Positions 10,360 through 22,150 of a DNA stretch of 64,000 nt are shown piece by piece. The first letter of the stretch is position 1. Every line of letters begins with the position of its first letter. The stretch is from Eutreptiella sp. 'Long Island Sound 2002' (taxonomy: Eukaryota; Protista; Euglenida). The stretch is from NCBI GenBank assembly GCA_964036045.1, contig OZ038378.1, positions 137,826,001 through 137,890,000 on the forward strand, in the 5' to 3' direction. The translations under genes were made by a program, and so were the position numbers. The notes under the pieces are model-generated. The model saw only the letters and a program-made list of their open reading frames with translations, was not told the DNA's origin and ran no database searches.

Positions 10360-11969
10360 TTGCACTTCCGAAGTGGAAACTGGACGAGGTGGTGAATTAC
10401 TATGTCTGGAGAAATATAATCACCTTTGCACCACATCCGCTCAAGCCGCTGGCGCGTACAGTAGGTAGATGCCTGACCCTGATGGTAAAAGAATGCATCA
10501 AGGCAGTACCGTTCATGGCACTGCCCTCCCTGTTGGGCGTGAGGGATATGTTCATGGGTCTGATGGGACTGGATGCCGGGCGAAACTGTACTTTTGTGCG
10601 AGAAAGGGATATGGACAATTGCTATTGGAACATAGACAAGCGAGAAGCGCTGCAGGCCCTCACAGCCGCCAAAGAAAAAATCATGAACAGCCTGGGACAA
10701 AGAATCACGTTGTGGTTTAGTATTGCGCGTGGCAACGATAGGCATCGTGATAGGATAGGGAAAAGTGTGGAACACATGTTTGTGGTGCTGAACTTTGACG
10801 AAGTGTACGAGTACGTGGTGTGGGACCTGCTGCACAACACGTTTTTCTGCCTGGATACCATCCTTCTCAGGCAAGGCTCCAGAGGTGTGCCCATCGGGGG
10901 GTTTTTGTCTGCACAGATTGTGGTATTGTGGGCCATTTTCCGTGAATCTGTGTTGTTTAACCAAGAAGGTATGCAGGCCCATATGCGCAATGTCCATCAA
11001 GCTCTGTCTGGCATGGGCATGCCTGCATGTAGTTACACCCCTGGGCCACAGCTAACCTTCCCACAGGATGTTGTATTGCCCAGGAATCGTGCCTTTTTCA
11101 AAGAATACGGTATGAGAGGTTGGTTCAATCAGCAGTTTAAGACCTTAGGGTGGATTCGCCTGGGTGAAATCAATTTCAGGCTGCTGCTGCTGGGCCTATG
11201 GGATTCATATCCGTCAGGCCGTTTCGGACACATCATCGCTGCAGCACCAAAGAAAGCACGTCCCATGCTCAATGCCCATTTTGAAACTTTATGTCCCAGG
11301 GATGTAATGCTAGCTGAAACTACATATTTCCGTGGTTGCCTCCCAGACAGTTCTCCAGACATCCCACCAGAGCCGACAGTTTTATTCAGCAGGTTTATGG
11401 ATAACAATTACATCGGTTATGTACATATTCCGCCTGGTCTGCCCGGACAGCAAGTGGTGCGTTTTACACAAGTTTTTATTGACGTGTTATATAACATCCC
11501 CATGAAATGGGAACCGTGTGGTGCCGTGAACGACTGGTGTGAGTCACGTGTGGTCACAGAACCTGGGCTTATTCTGTTAATGAAGAATGTATGTTTCCAG
11601 CTCCCTGACACGTCCTGCCCACAGCCTGACCTTGACTTGTGGGACAAGTGGGTTGATCATGACTCCCCCAATGCTAGGTCAGTCCTGAAATCCATGATCC
11701 CCACAGTGGCGTCCAAGGCTTTGACGTACGCTTTCACTGATGTGCACATGCAGGTCAATTTGGCGTCCATTGTACGAGGGTGTGCGTATAAAGGTTATGC
11801 AAAGTCATGGTGGTGGCCCCCGCTGCGCGCGACAGCGCTGGGTGCGGACACGGGCCCCCTCTTACCTACGACCTTTGTTTCCAAATGGGTTGGGGAGGGC
11901 AGGGAGTTCAGGATGGCACTCGGGCCGGCGAGTGCTGCGCACTTCGCACCGGCCCTCCTGCCATCCTGA
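10360..11969 (+). CDS. PLE-A ORF2, 3' part: reverse transcriptase (reconstructed ORF2 is 1574 aa with no internal stop)
   Basis: Motif A RDMDNCYWNI, motif B RGVPIGGFLSAQI, motif C SRFMDNNY; stop codon lies inside the 3' pseudo-LTR. Confidence 0.9.
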
Positions 11970-12194
11970 TGACATGTCTGTACTTTGATAGGGGTGACAC
12001 CGGCGTGTGCCCCCACCAGTCTGGCACGCTGTGCACAAGTAGCATGAGGGTGCTGTGTGAAAGCCAAAAAACTGTCCCTTCTCTTGCACACTGCATGGGA
12101 CAGGTTTTGTGTTGTGGCATCCCCTGTGTGCGGGCTCTGCCATTTTTGTGTCCACTGACGATCCAGTGCCTGCTGCCTGTGTGATTTGATAGAC
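11943..12194 (+). repeat. PLE-A 3' pseudo-LTR
   Basis: Direct repeat of 2681-2933. Confidence 0.95.
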
Positions 12195-12198
12195 AGAC

Positions 12199-13105
12199 CG
12201 TGGTCCCCCACAAGGGGTTGTTTGTAATCCGCCAGTTCATACCGCGCAAGCCTCACAGCACCGGTGTGCAACTGTACGCGTCGTGCGACGCACAAAGCCA
12301 TTACATTTGGCACGTGTATTTGTACCGTGGTGCAGCCCCTCGTGTGGGTCCGGAGTCCCGGAGCCCGTTTGCAGGCCACTACAATGCCTTTGAGATTGTG
12401 CAACTTTGGAATGATGTGACTCCACCCGGAAAGGTGCTTCTGGCGGACTCATTCTTTGGGTCTCATGATGCGGCGGCGATGCTAAGTGCACAAGAGCGTC
12501 CGTTCTTGATGCTCACTTCCACAAGTGCTTTGGTGCAAGATGGGAACGTTGGATTAGACCCGGGGGATGTGAACACGGTGGTACACAAGGAACATCGGTA
12601 TGCACTCTCGGTATACAAAAACCCCAAATTGGGGCGCAAGCCGGCAAAGGTGGTACCACTACTAACCAATTGCTTGACCGGAGGTCCGCTCCCACACCGA
12701 AGTGGACGATACCACCTACCAGGGATAATTGCCAACTACCGTAGGTTTGCCCCGGGGGTGGATACGTTTAACCAAATGTGCTTACAACACCGGGAAGAGC
12801 ACCGGTTTCAATCATGGTTGAAGGCACTTGGGGGGATGGTGTTAAGGATAGCGGCAACAAATGCATTTACGTCATGCCAAGCGTTGCGCCTTAGTCCGGG
12901 GGGTGAAACAATGTTTGACTGGCAATGGAGGTTGATGAGATACATTTTTCCGGCAAGGCAAATTGAGGTGGTGGACAAGCATGTACCAATAGTGGTTGGG
13001 AAGCGGGGCTTTTGTGTACATTGTGGGATGGGCACCACTCGATACAAGTGCAAAGCATGTGGGTGCTATCTACACGTCGCATGCTTTGCGGACCATCATG
13101 AATGA
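12199..13105 (+). pseudogene. piggyBac-1 transposase, C-terminal part (frame open)
   Basis: Resumes at ET-VVPHKG directly after the PLE-A TSD; near-identical to 9083-9989. Confidence 0.92.
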
Positions 13106-13475
13106 ACCATGAATAGATGTCTTGTGAGGATTGACTCCCATGCATTGCAATGTCTGTGCAAAGGTGTGAACACGCACAACACAGCACACACACACACACA
13201 ACACACACATGCGGACACACACACTACACACGCATCACCAAGTGCTCCAAAGTGTGCTAAAGTGTGCTAAAATGGTCCGGTCCGTTCAGTTTGCAAAGAC
13301 CGGTCGGACCGGTCCGACCGGTCTCCCCGAACTAACCGTTTCGCTACAGAAAGCTAAAGTGGCGCGAAACCGTCTTAACTGAACAGTTGGTGATTTTGCC
13401 TAGTCGAAACGGTGAGTTAACGAAGACCGGTGGACCCGTTGTGAAAATATTCGCGTATGGTAGCCAAAGGAATAT

Positions 13476-15681
13476 GCAAAGTATTTGTGCAGCATACTTA
13501 CGCTTGTCTCTGTGCGCACCAAACTGGTGGGGGATGTCTTGAACTCCCACAAACTGAATATTACCACCGGCCGAATGTGGCAAATTCTCGAAGCAGGATA
13601 GTGTGAATGCCAGGTCATACATGAGCAATGGGGTGTCCCCTTGGTTGAGGGACACTGCTTTACACGATCTTTTTCAGTCATCCAGCCCCTCGTCGGCACA
13701 CTGGGTGTTGAGTGCCTCCAGCAGAATCTGAAGCACGCGACGATACCTGGGTGGAAGACTGTGGGGGCCTACTGCGAAAAACCGATGCGCCGCACCCTGT
13801 GTGGCATACCGGGACTGTCCCCAATGGAAAGGGAGGACCTGTTGCTGAACTGCATGCGTGCCATACAGACACATGTGAAGGGGCTACGCGACACGTACCC
13901 CAAACAGTATAGTGAAAACACACTGAAGGCTGTGAGACGTAGACTGCCACAGCACTGGGTCTGCGGCCCCTTTGATAAAGCCGTCAGCTGCTTATGGGGC
14001 GCCTGCATAGTCCTGATCTGCAGCCTGTACAGTAAGCATTTTTTCCGTACACCTCATCGATACTCCATACACAGCACATACATGACCACACACGACGCAC
14101 ATGAGGCACTGTACACACAGCTGGTCGCAGACGCAAAGACACACATGATAGGTACCTCGACCACTCCACATCTGCGTGGTACCTCGGCTGATTACCGTGC
14201 CATTTGGCAGCAGGCAGTAAAAAACGCGAACTCAAAGCTGATGACACACAAACGGCGAACCAAGAAGCGAAAAGGTCTGGACTCTCTTCAGGACCCTGCC
14301 TTAACTGCCGGTCTGAAGCGTCGGAAGGGCGCACAGGGGCAACATCTGTCCTCCGGTCACCTGAAGCTCCCAACACAGACACAGCAACAGAGTTTTGTGT
14401 TGCGTGCGCCTGGGTGCCAGTTATTAGTAAAGTGGAAATCACAGGAAGAGGAGGGATGGCTGAAGGCACGTGAGGTTTTGACACAGGCCGCACACCCGTT
14501 CAAAAAGCCCAATAAAATCATGGGCCGAGTCCTCACCCTTTTCTGGCGTTTAGTTGTCAGCGTGCTGAAACCTTGTGAATTACTATCTATGAAGGACTTG
14601 CTCCATGTCCTTGCCAGATGGAAGCAGTCCGGCAGGGCGCCTCGGAGGGGGGAAGGCTTTCTGGTTAGAGTTAGATTTGGTGGAAATGTTTCCACATATC
14701 CCACGCCATGCAATTTTGCCTGCTCTGAGGGAACTGGTGCGACGCACACAGGAAACGAAGTCCACCAGAGGCCCGATTCGTTTCTGGGTCTCCAAAGGGA
14801 GGGGCAGGAAGGCAGATACATGTGACATTGGCAATACGTGCAGCTTCTGGGAACTGAACACAGCGGATATGTTCCATTTTGTACAGTTTGATCTGGAGTG
14901 TAACACAAAATTTGTTTGTTTGTCAAGTATCCTGAGCCAGGTGGCAGGAGTGCCCATTGGGGGCTCAGCATCTGCCCAGCTGGCATGCCTGACGCTGGTG
15001 ATGCGTGAATTGGAGCTTGCCAAGCCCATTCCAGGAACCCCCCATGTACGATACCGTGATAATTTTTTAACACGCATCATTGTGAAGCGTAGTAAGACGG
15101 CGCCCACATGGGAGGAGGCAGTGAATAGGAAGGCAGCGCAGGTGCGATTGGCGGTCAAGAAAATCACAGGTATGGACGTCACAGTGGAACAATGGGGACC
15201 AGAGCTGGACACCCTGGAAGCACGCCTCAGGCCCCTGCACACAGGGGACTACATCAGGCTGAAATCGGTGACAGTCAAGTCACGACCAGGGGACTCTACG
15301 CCTGGACAGTTTCAAAAAATGCTGTCACCAGAGGCCCCGAATGCAGCACCCACCACGAAGTCCATGGCGCCCAATATGGCCAGACATGCACAGCACTATC
15401 GGAGCACATTGGCAGGGGCCACAGCCAATATGCAACAGGTAGGGGGCGTCCTGAGCTGTAAAGGATACCCCAACTGTGACTGGGAGCCTGCCCTGCGTGC
15501 GAATGCAACAAAGTGGGGCATACCTTTGCCGGCACGATGGTCCCCACTGCCCCTTGGTCCGTGCTCTGAAATATTGATCAAATATTTGAAGACACAGCGA
15601 AGGGCTGACCTGGACCCGACCCCAGGACATTGTCTTGGGGTCTATGGGACCATTTGTTTGTTTGTGTGTTGCCTGCTATGA
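13476..15681 (+). pseudogene. PLE-B ORF, 3' part: CxC linker and reverse transcriptase (TAG near 13598, frameshift near 14650)
   Basis: CECQ...GHCFTR; GPFDKA; ELDLVEMFPHIP; GVPIGGSASAQLA; VRYRDNFL. Confidence 0.88.
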
Positions 15682-16833
15682 ATGTTTACCAACAGCACAT
15701 CCGGATCTGTTTGTTCTTTGTACCCTGTCCCCAAAAAGTATACCATGGATCATGCTAACTTTAGGGAAGAGCTCAGAGCAGAAACTAATCGGCGAGTAAT
15801 AATAGGGCTAAGAGTGATGTCTTGTGCCGCTGCACTCACACGCACTATGCTGCACGATGTGCTTCAGAAACCAATGGTTCATCCACCTGACGACGAGGTA
15901 CATTCGGTGAGCGCCTTGACGCCTTAAACAACAGCAACAGCCCCAGGCAAGGTGCCTATGATGAGATTTCACCAAGGCAACGCAAGTACGGTGATAGGTG
16001 GGCACATAGGAGAACAGCAACGGATTCGGCGAATGCCTCGCTCTAACCCTATACCCACTTCCCACTCCCCTTCAAAAACTCAAAACTAAAATGTACGGTG
16101 TATGTACAGTGGAGACCTTTGTTCCCATGCCGGTGGCGGGGTTTTGATCAAGGTTATCCAACATTTCCATTGCTTTGCTTTGCATGTGCCCGCCTTCTTT
16201 GTGTTGACATGACTCCATATGTGTACGCATCACGACCACGGGTTCTTGAGCCCCTAGGACTGTCCACGTGTCCGAATTAGTGATCCGGAAAATTGCGGAT
16301 CATTTTGCTAGGCAGTGGGGGGGGGGGGTTTATGGGGTGGGTGATCCGTGATCCGCGGATCATTCGGTGGGGGGAGGCGGGGGGTTTTGGACCCCCGCGG
16401 ATAAGTGATCCGCGGACCGCCTACCACACGTAGGCACCCGGCGTCCGGAGTGAAGTACCGAGGCATGGCAAGCATGATGATATATGTGATGTGTCACACA
16501 TGCCAGGTGTTAGGTAGTGCTTGCCATTGCCGTGAGGACACTCTCCTGACTCAAAAAGGAAGCAAGTGTGACTTTCAGGACGGAGGCCCCACGTGGGGGC
16601 TCCCACCGCATCACAGCCGGAGCAACAAGAGCTTAGAAGGACCGATTCTAACCAAGGGGGGGGGGGGGTGGGGGGGGGTCATCACCTTGCTGCGGTGGCT
16701 TCCAGCCACGGCTGGCCAAATATTTGTCACAAGGTGTCATGAGGAAAGACATTGAGTTTTGCCGCTTCTAGCCACGGCCGGACCAAATATTTGTCACAAG
16801 GTGTCATGAAGAAGTGTGGAAAAACATTTCGTA

Positions 16834-17820
16834 TCAAGACGTGCACACAGCAAACTACCCCTATGGGGCCCTCCCAGGCGACCCACCAACTTTCCTGATG
16901 TGTAATTCCATTTTTCGGAGACTCACCTGACGGGAACCTTTGGGTGTGCCCTCATCCCCTCTATTGGAAAAAATACAAACACAGCTCCATGTGCTACCGG
17001 CCCTCAAGGACAGAGGTCATCAGTTGCAACCAGAATTTCGGGATGCCTGCTATGCAGCGAAATGCCTGAACTCTACTGACCGCACCTTGTCCACATTTGT
17101 ACGTTTTCACACGCACCTACCACTACCTGAGACTCTCGCCCAGTGGTGCCCGGTCCTAACCTGTTTTTGGAGGGGTTTGCAATGCTCCCAAAATCTAGCG
17201 AGGGTCTGGGAGCAGTGGGCCCTGCAGCGGGATCTCTACGTGTGGTCGGATGTGAAAACCGCTCAGGTTATGCAGTTTTTCCAAGACCTGCAGGTCCTCA
17301 GTCTTCATACTCTGGGGGCCACATCCTGCCCGCTACTGGTTTCTCTGTCTTCTGCTGACGCACTACGGCGTACGTTTGCCTGCGATGGACTGTTGGGAAC
17401 CCTACCATGGTCTTTTATGCCGAACGGGGGGGTCACCCATACCAAAGCCGCGATGTGTTTTGGAAGGGATAGCCCGACACTATGGCCTTGCAAACCGTAC
17501 GGGGAGGTAGGTGTAAAAGCCGTTGTACCTTCGCTGGTCTCTTTCCAAACTCCTATAGCCATGCGCCATGTGTGTTCGCAAGTGTCAACCTGGAGGAGTG
17601 ATACGCCGTCTTTTGGTTTATCTACGCATCTCATTGCGAACCTCCTGTCAGAACATGGTACTGGTACTTACGTTGTATTGCTCCCTGTATCATCCTCGGC
17701 TGTACGACACATGCACCACCTACGGGATAAAGGCCGGGCAACACAAGTGGCCATGCAGATTTCTATCAAGCGCTTGCTCCCTTCCCACTGCAAGTCTTTT
17801 GCTCAATCCTTCACGACATT
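16834..17820 (+). pseudogene. PLE-C1 ORF2, N-terminal region
   Basis: High identity to 29750-30240 plus 36371-36866; continues at 23184 (FTT-LSCDCW). Confidence 0.85.
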
Positions 17821-18169
17821 TGTACCCTTCGTGAACGGGGGTTAAGTGGCCGTTTGAATAATTGCGTGAATTTCACGTGAGTTTACCCAAAATTTGAGGT
17901 TTTTGGGGGAAAATGCCATATTTTCGAGGGATTTGAGGGGCCAAAATTCTTCCCCCGGCTTCATTACGCATCATCCAATGAAAGTCCCGCCCCAAAAGCA
18001 TCCATCATGTCCGAACCGTGCCCAAAACGAGAGGTGCCGAAACCCGGCAAGCCTGTAGCCGATTCACAGGCGTGAATTCACGTGAATTCGTACGAAATTC
18101 GCTCGAATTTCGTACGAATTTCGTACGAATTTCACGTGAATTCACGTGAATTCATACAAATTTCACCCT

Positions 18170-18542
18170 TGTGCACCCCCTCATTTGTCCTAACACCCGG
18201 GGTACCCCCCCCCCCAATGCACCCCTGCAGGCACCTTGGCTACATGCAACATGTGCACATGTGTGTGGGTGTGCCTTTGTGTGGGGTGTGTGGATTTGTG
18301 TGGGTTTGTGTATGGGTGTATGGTTGGGTTTGCATGTGGGTGGATGCATGACTTCGTGTTTGTGTCTACGTGCGAGCATGCGTCTGTGTGTTGGTGTGTG
18401 TGAGGATGTGGGGGCCACCCGACCACATACGCACACAAACCCGTCCCAAACCTCACACCAACACCCACACACCCACACACACAACCACGGACCCATGGAT
18501 ACACACCCACACACAAACACGCATCCACGCGCACAAACCAAT

Positions 18543-18595
<53 letters not shown>

Positions 18596-19640
18596 CACAC
18601 CCACAATGATCCCGCCCCACATACCTAACCACGACACATCCACTATGCAGGTGTGTGTGCGTATGTGTGGCTGGGCAGTTTGTGGGTGTGGGTGTGGGTG
18701 GGGTGGCAGGGCGGCTTCATTCCACTAATGGCATGTGGGTGTGTGTGTGGGGGGGGGGGGGGTACATGTACGATTGTCTGTTTGTTTCTGGGTGTGGGCG
18801 TGCGCCTGTGTGTAGGGGGGGGGGTGAGGATGTGAGGAACACCAAACCATGCACATATACGCACAAGCCATACACACGCATACACACACACCCTTCCCGC
18901 ACCTCACACCAACACACGCGCACACACAAACACACACAACCACACACCCAACTACACATGGACACACCGACCCACATACACGCATCCGCACAAACCCATC
19001 CACACACAAAGGCAGACACACATACACACACACAGAACCCCCCTCCCCTAAACATTTAACCGTGACACATCCACTGTCCAGGTACGTTTCATTGATGGTA
19101 TGTGGGTGGGGGGGGGGGGGTGCATGACTGTCTTTTTGGTTCTGCGTGTGGGCGTGCGCATGTGTGTGTGGGGGGGGGGCTGAGGATGTGAGGAGCACCA
19201 AACCACATATACGCACAAGCCATACACACACACACACACACGCACACATACAGACACACCCTTCGCGCACCTCACAGCAACACGCGCGTACACACAAACA
19301 CACACAACCACACACCAAACTACACATGGACACACCGACCCACCCACAGAAAAACACACACATATCCATCCACAAAAACCCATCCACACACACAGGCAGA
19401 CACACACACACACACACACAGAACCCCCCCCCCCCCCTAAACATCTAACCGTGACACATCCACTGTCCAGGTACGTATGAGGGTGTGTGGGCGGGCAGTG
19501 TGTGGGTGTGGGTCGAGTTGGGGGCTCTTTGCTTTCATCGAGGGTATGTGTGTGTTTTGTGCATGGGTGTGTGTGTGTGTGTGTATGTTTGTGTGTGTGT
19601 GTGTGTGCGTGTGTTTGTGGGGGTGTGTGTGCCGGGGGGG
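18170..19640. repeat. (TG)n/(CA)n-rich low-complexity block with roughly 390-430 bp higher-order units
   Basis: GACACATCCACT(A/G)T(G/C)CAGGT recurs at about 18632, 19064 and 19452; TG-rich and CA-rich halves alternate. Confidence 0.8.
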
Positions 19641-21400
19641 GCAGGTACAGGGAAATGTGTGTGGGTGTGGGGACTTTGTTGCATGCATAGGTGGTGTTGG
19701 TGTGGCTCTTCGTGCAGTGTCCTGCAAAAATGGTACGAAATTCGTACGAAGTTCGCACGAAATTCGTAAGAAATTCGTACGAAATTCGTGCGAAATTCGT
19801 ACGAAATTCGTGCGAATTTCGTACGAATTTCGTACGAAATTCGCCCCCAAAGTACCGTGAATACGTACCGTGAATGTGGTTGTTACGAATTTCGTACGAA
19901 ATTCGTACGAATTTCGTACGAATTTCGAACAATTTGCATGAATTTGTATCATTCCTCTCCAGAACAAACACACTCAGCCCATAGCACACAGCACAGCAAC
20001 ACCACAACAACATAGAAGAACAACACATTCAGCCCATAGCACACAGCACAGCAACACCATAACAACACAGAAGAACAACACATTCAGCCCATAGCACACA
20101 GCACATCAACACAACAACAACACAGAAGAACAACACAGTCAGGTCATCAGCAACAGTCACCAATGAGGAGCAGCAGACACACAGAGCACAACAAGCAGCA
20201 AGCAAAACAGCGATACCAACACAGCCGAAAAGCAGGCATTACACACACATCATGACAATCAGCAGCAACAAACACAAACGACAGACAGTCACAAACCACA
20301 AACAGCACAAAAGTATTGTCCCACATGATTCAACAACAGGCAGCCACCCATCCGACCATCCACACCCACCCATAGCACACAGCACAGCAACACAACAACA
20401 ACACAGAAGAACAACACAGTCAGCCCATAGCACACAGCACAGCAACACCACAACAACACAGAAGAACAACACAGTCAGGTCATCAGCAACAGTGGCCAGT
20501 GAGAAGCAGCAGACACACGAAGCACAACAAGCAGCAAGCAAAACAGCGATACCAACACAGCCGAAAAGCAGGCATTACACACACATCATGACAATCAGCA
20601 GCAACGAACACAAACGACAGACAGTCACAAACTACAAACAGCACAAAAGTATTGTCCCACATGATTCAACAACAGGCAGCCACCCATCCAACCATCCACA
20701 CCCACCCATAGCACACAGCACAGCAACACAACAACAACACAGAAGAACAACACAGTCAGGTCATCAGCAACAGTCACCAGTGAGAAGCAGCAGACACACG
20801 AAGCACAACAAGCAGCAAGCAAAACAGCGATACCAACACAGCCGAAAAGCAGGCATTACACACAAATCATGACAATCAGCAGCAACGGACACAAACGACA
20901 GACAGTCACAAACTACAAACAGCACAAAAGTATCGTCCCACATGATTCAACAAAACCACCCAAGAACCCAAGAACCACCAATGCATGCACATATTACCCA
21001 GACACGCACACACCATGCACCCACGCCCACACGAACAACAACCCCTCTGACCAGGCACACCCACACACACACAAAAATGACACAAGTTCATGCAAATTGT
21101 TTGAACTTCGTGCGAAATTCGTACGAAGTTCGTACGAATTTCGTAACAACCACATTCACAGTACCTATCTGTGAGGCACTTTTCGTACGAAATTCGTACG
21201 AATTTCGTACGAAATTGGTACGAACTTCGTACGAATTTCGTACGAATTTCGTACCATTTTTGCAGGACACTGCACGAAGAGCCACACCAACACCACCTAT
21301 GCATGTACCGAAGTCCCCACACCCACACACATTTCCCTATACCTGCCCCCCCGGCACACACACACATACACACACACACACACACACACCGCACAGACAC
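19620..21400. repeat. Roughly 330-bp inverted repeat pair (about 19620-19955 and 21070-21400) around a 1.1-kb spacer
   Basis: GGTGTGGCTCTTCGTGCAGTGTCCTGCAAAAATGGTACG and its reverse complement; TTCGTACGAA arrays in both arms. Confidence 0.82.
19960..20960 (+). repeat. Tandem 280-340 bp units with internal ACACAGCACAGCAAC subrepeats
   Basis: ATGACAATCAGCAGCAAC starts at about 20252, 20588 and 20869. Confidence 0.85.
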
Positions 21401-21451
21401 ACACACACACACACACACACGCAGACACACACACACACACACACACACGCA

Positions 21452-21510
<59 letters not shown>

Positions 21511-21577
21511 CGTGAGGTGACCAAAGAACCAAGCACACACATTTCCCTACACGTGCCCCCCGGCACACACACACACA

Positions 21578-21618
<41 letters not shown>

Positions 21619-21625
21619 ATACACA
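21355..21625 (+). repeat. (CA)n microsatellites
   Basis: Long near-pure CA runs. Confidence 0.95.
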
Positions 21626-21629
21626 CCCG

Positions 21630-21960
21630 TACCCGAATCATCCGATTAGTAAAGCGGCTGTGGAGGTAGTGGTATTTCATTGCAAGCTTGCGCGTAGCAG
21701 CGCGGAGCCTCGTCCAGAAGGAAGAGCCGACAGTCGAGATGGCCGCGAAGGCCATGATCAATGCCATGAGTTGGCGCGCACTTCCCACCTGTGCTACACC
21801 CTCCATGCTGCTGCACTCTGTCAGACTAGAGTCAAACTCAACAGGGTCTTCTTTCCCCGCTGGAACACCCAAGCCCGTTCCCTTGGCGGTTGGTTCACCA
21901 GCCAGCATCTAGGGATAGCAGGAATCTCGTTGATCCATTCATGCGCGTCAATAATCAGTC

Positions 21961-22020
<60 letters not shown>

Positions 22021-22150
22021 GCTAAATCTCTTTGCATTGACAATCAGAGCACTGGGCAGAAGTCACCTCGCGGAACCAGCCAGCAGGTCCCATCGCAAAG
22101 CTGTGTTTCAATTAAACAGTCAGATTCCCCTGCGTAGTACACAGTTCCCA
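21630..22150 (-). rRNA. Fragment of eukaryotic LSU (28S-type) rRNA gene, domain IV to the start of domain V including helix 69; not a complete unit
   Basis: Reverse complement of the conserved GGCGGGAGTAACTATGACTCTCTTAAGGTAGCCAAATGCCTCGTC, GACGCGCATGAATGGAT, GCGGGGAAAGAAGACCCTGTTGAG and TGAAATACCACTAC. Confidence 0.93.

Larger units (their letters stand above)
2681..12194 (+). mobile_element. Full-length Penelope-like element family A with pseudo-LTRs and two ORFs, interrupted by piggyBac-2
   Basis: Direct terminal repeats 2681-2933 and 11943-12194; AGAC duplicated at 2677-2680 and 12195-12198; encodes GIY-YIG, CxC and RT. Confidence 0.92.
1273..13471 (+). mobile_element. piggyBac-like DNA transposon copy 1, interrupted by PLE-A
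   Basis: TIRs TCCTTTGGCTACCA (1273) and TGGTAGCCAAAGGA (ends 13471); ATAT on both sides (1269-1272, 13472-13475); halves colinear with copy 2. Confidence 0.92.
691..15930 (+). mobile_element. Penelope-like retroelement family B (N-terminal GIY-YIG type), 5'-truncated, split by piggyBac-1; 3' end approximate
   Basis: Removing 1273-13475 rejoins the frame PQVPPAY-AKYLCSILTLV, homologous to PLE-C TQVPALYREFLC; CxC linker and RT motifs lie downstream. Confidence 0.8.

Noticed and set aside
16270-16830. GATCCGCGGATC palindromes, G runs and AGCC(A/G)CGGC repeats, similar to 47720-47830
   Set aside because: Probably ends of other elements, but I could not pair TIRs or find a TSD
19730-19935. TTCGTACGAA arrays as CRISPR or REP elements
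   Set aside because: No unique spacers and no cas genes; eukaryotic context; the arrays are tied to X-family elements
18152-21616. Many H/T-rich and C/V-rich ORFs
   Set aside because: Translations of (CA)n/(TG)n and tandem repeats
21961-21990. R2 or other rDNA-specific insertion
   Set aside because: The target site is intact and no element adjoins it
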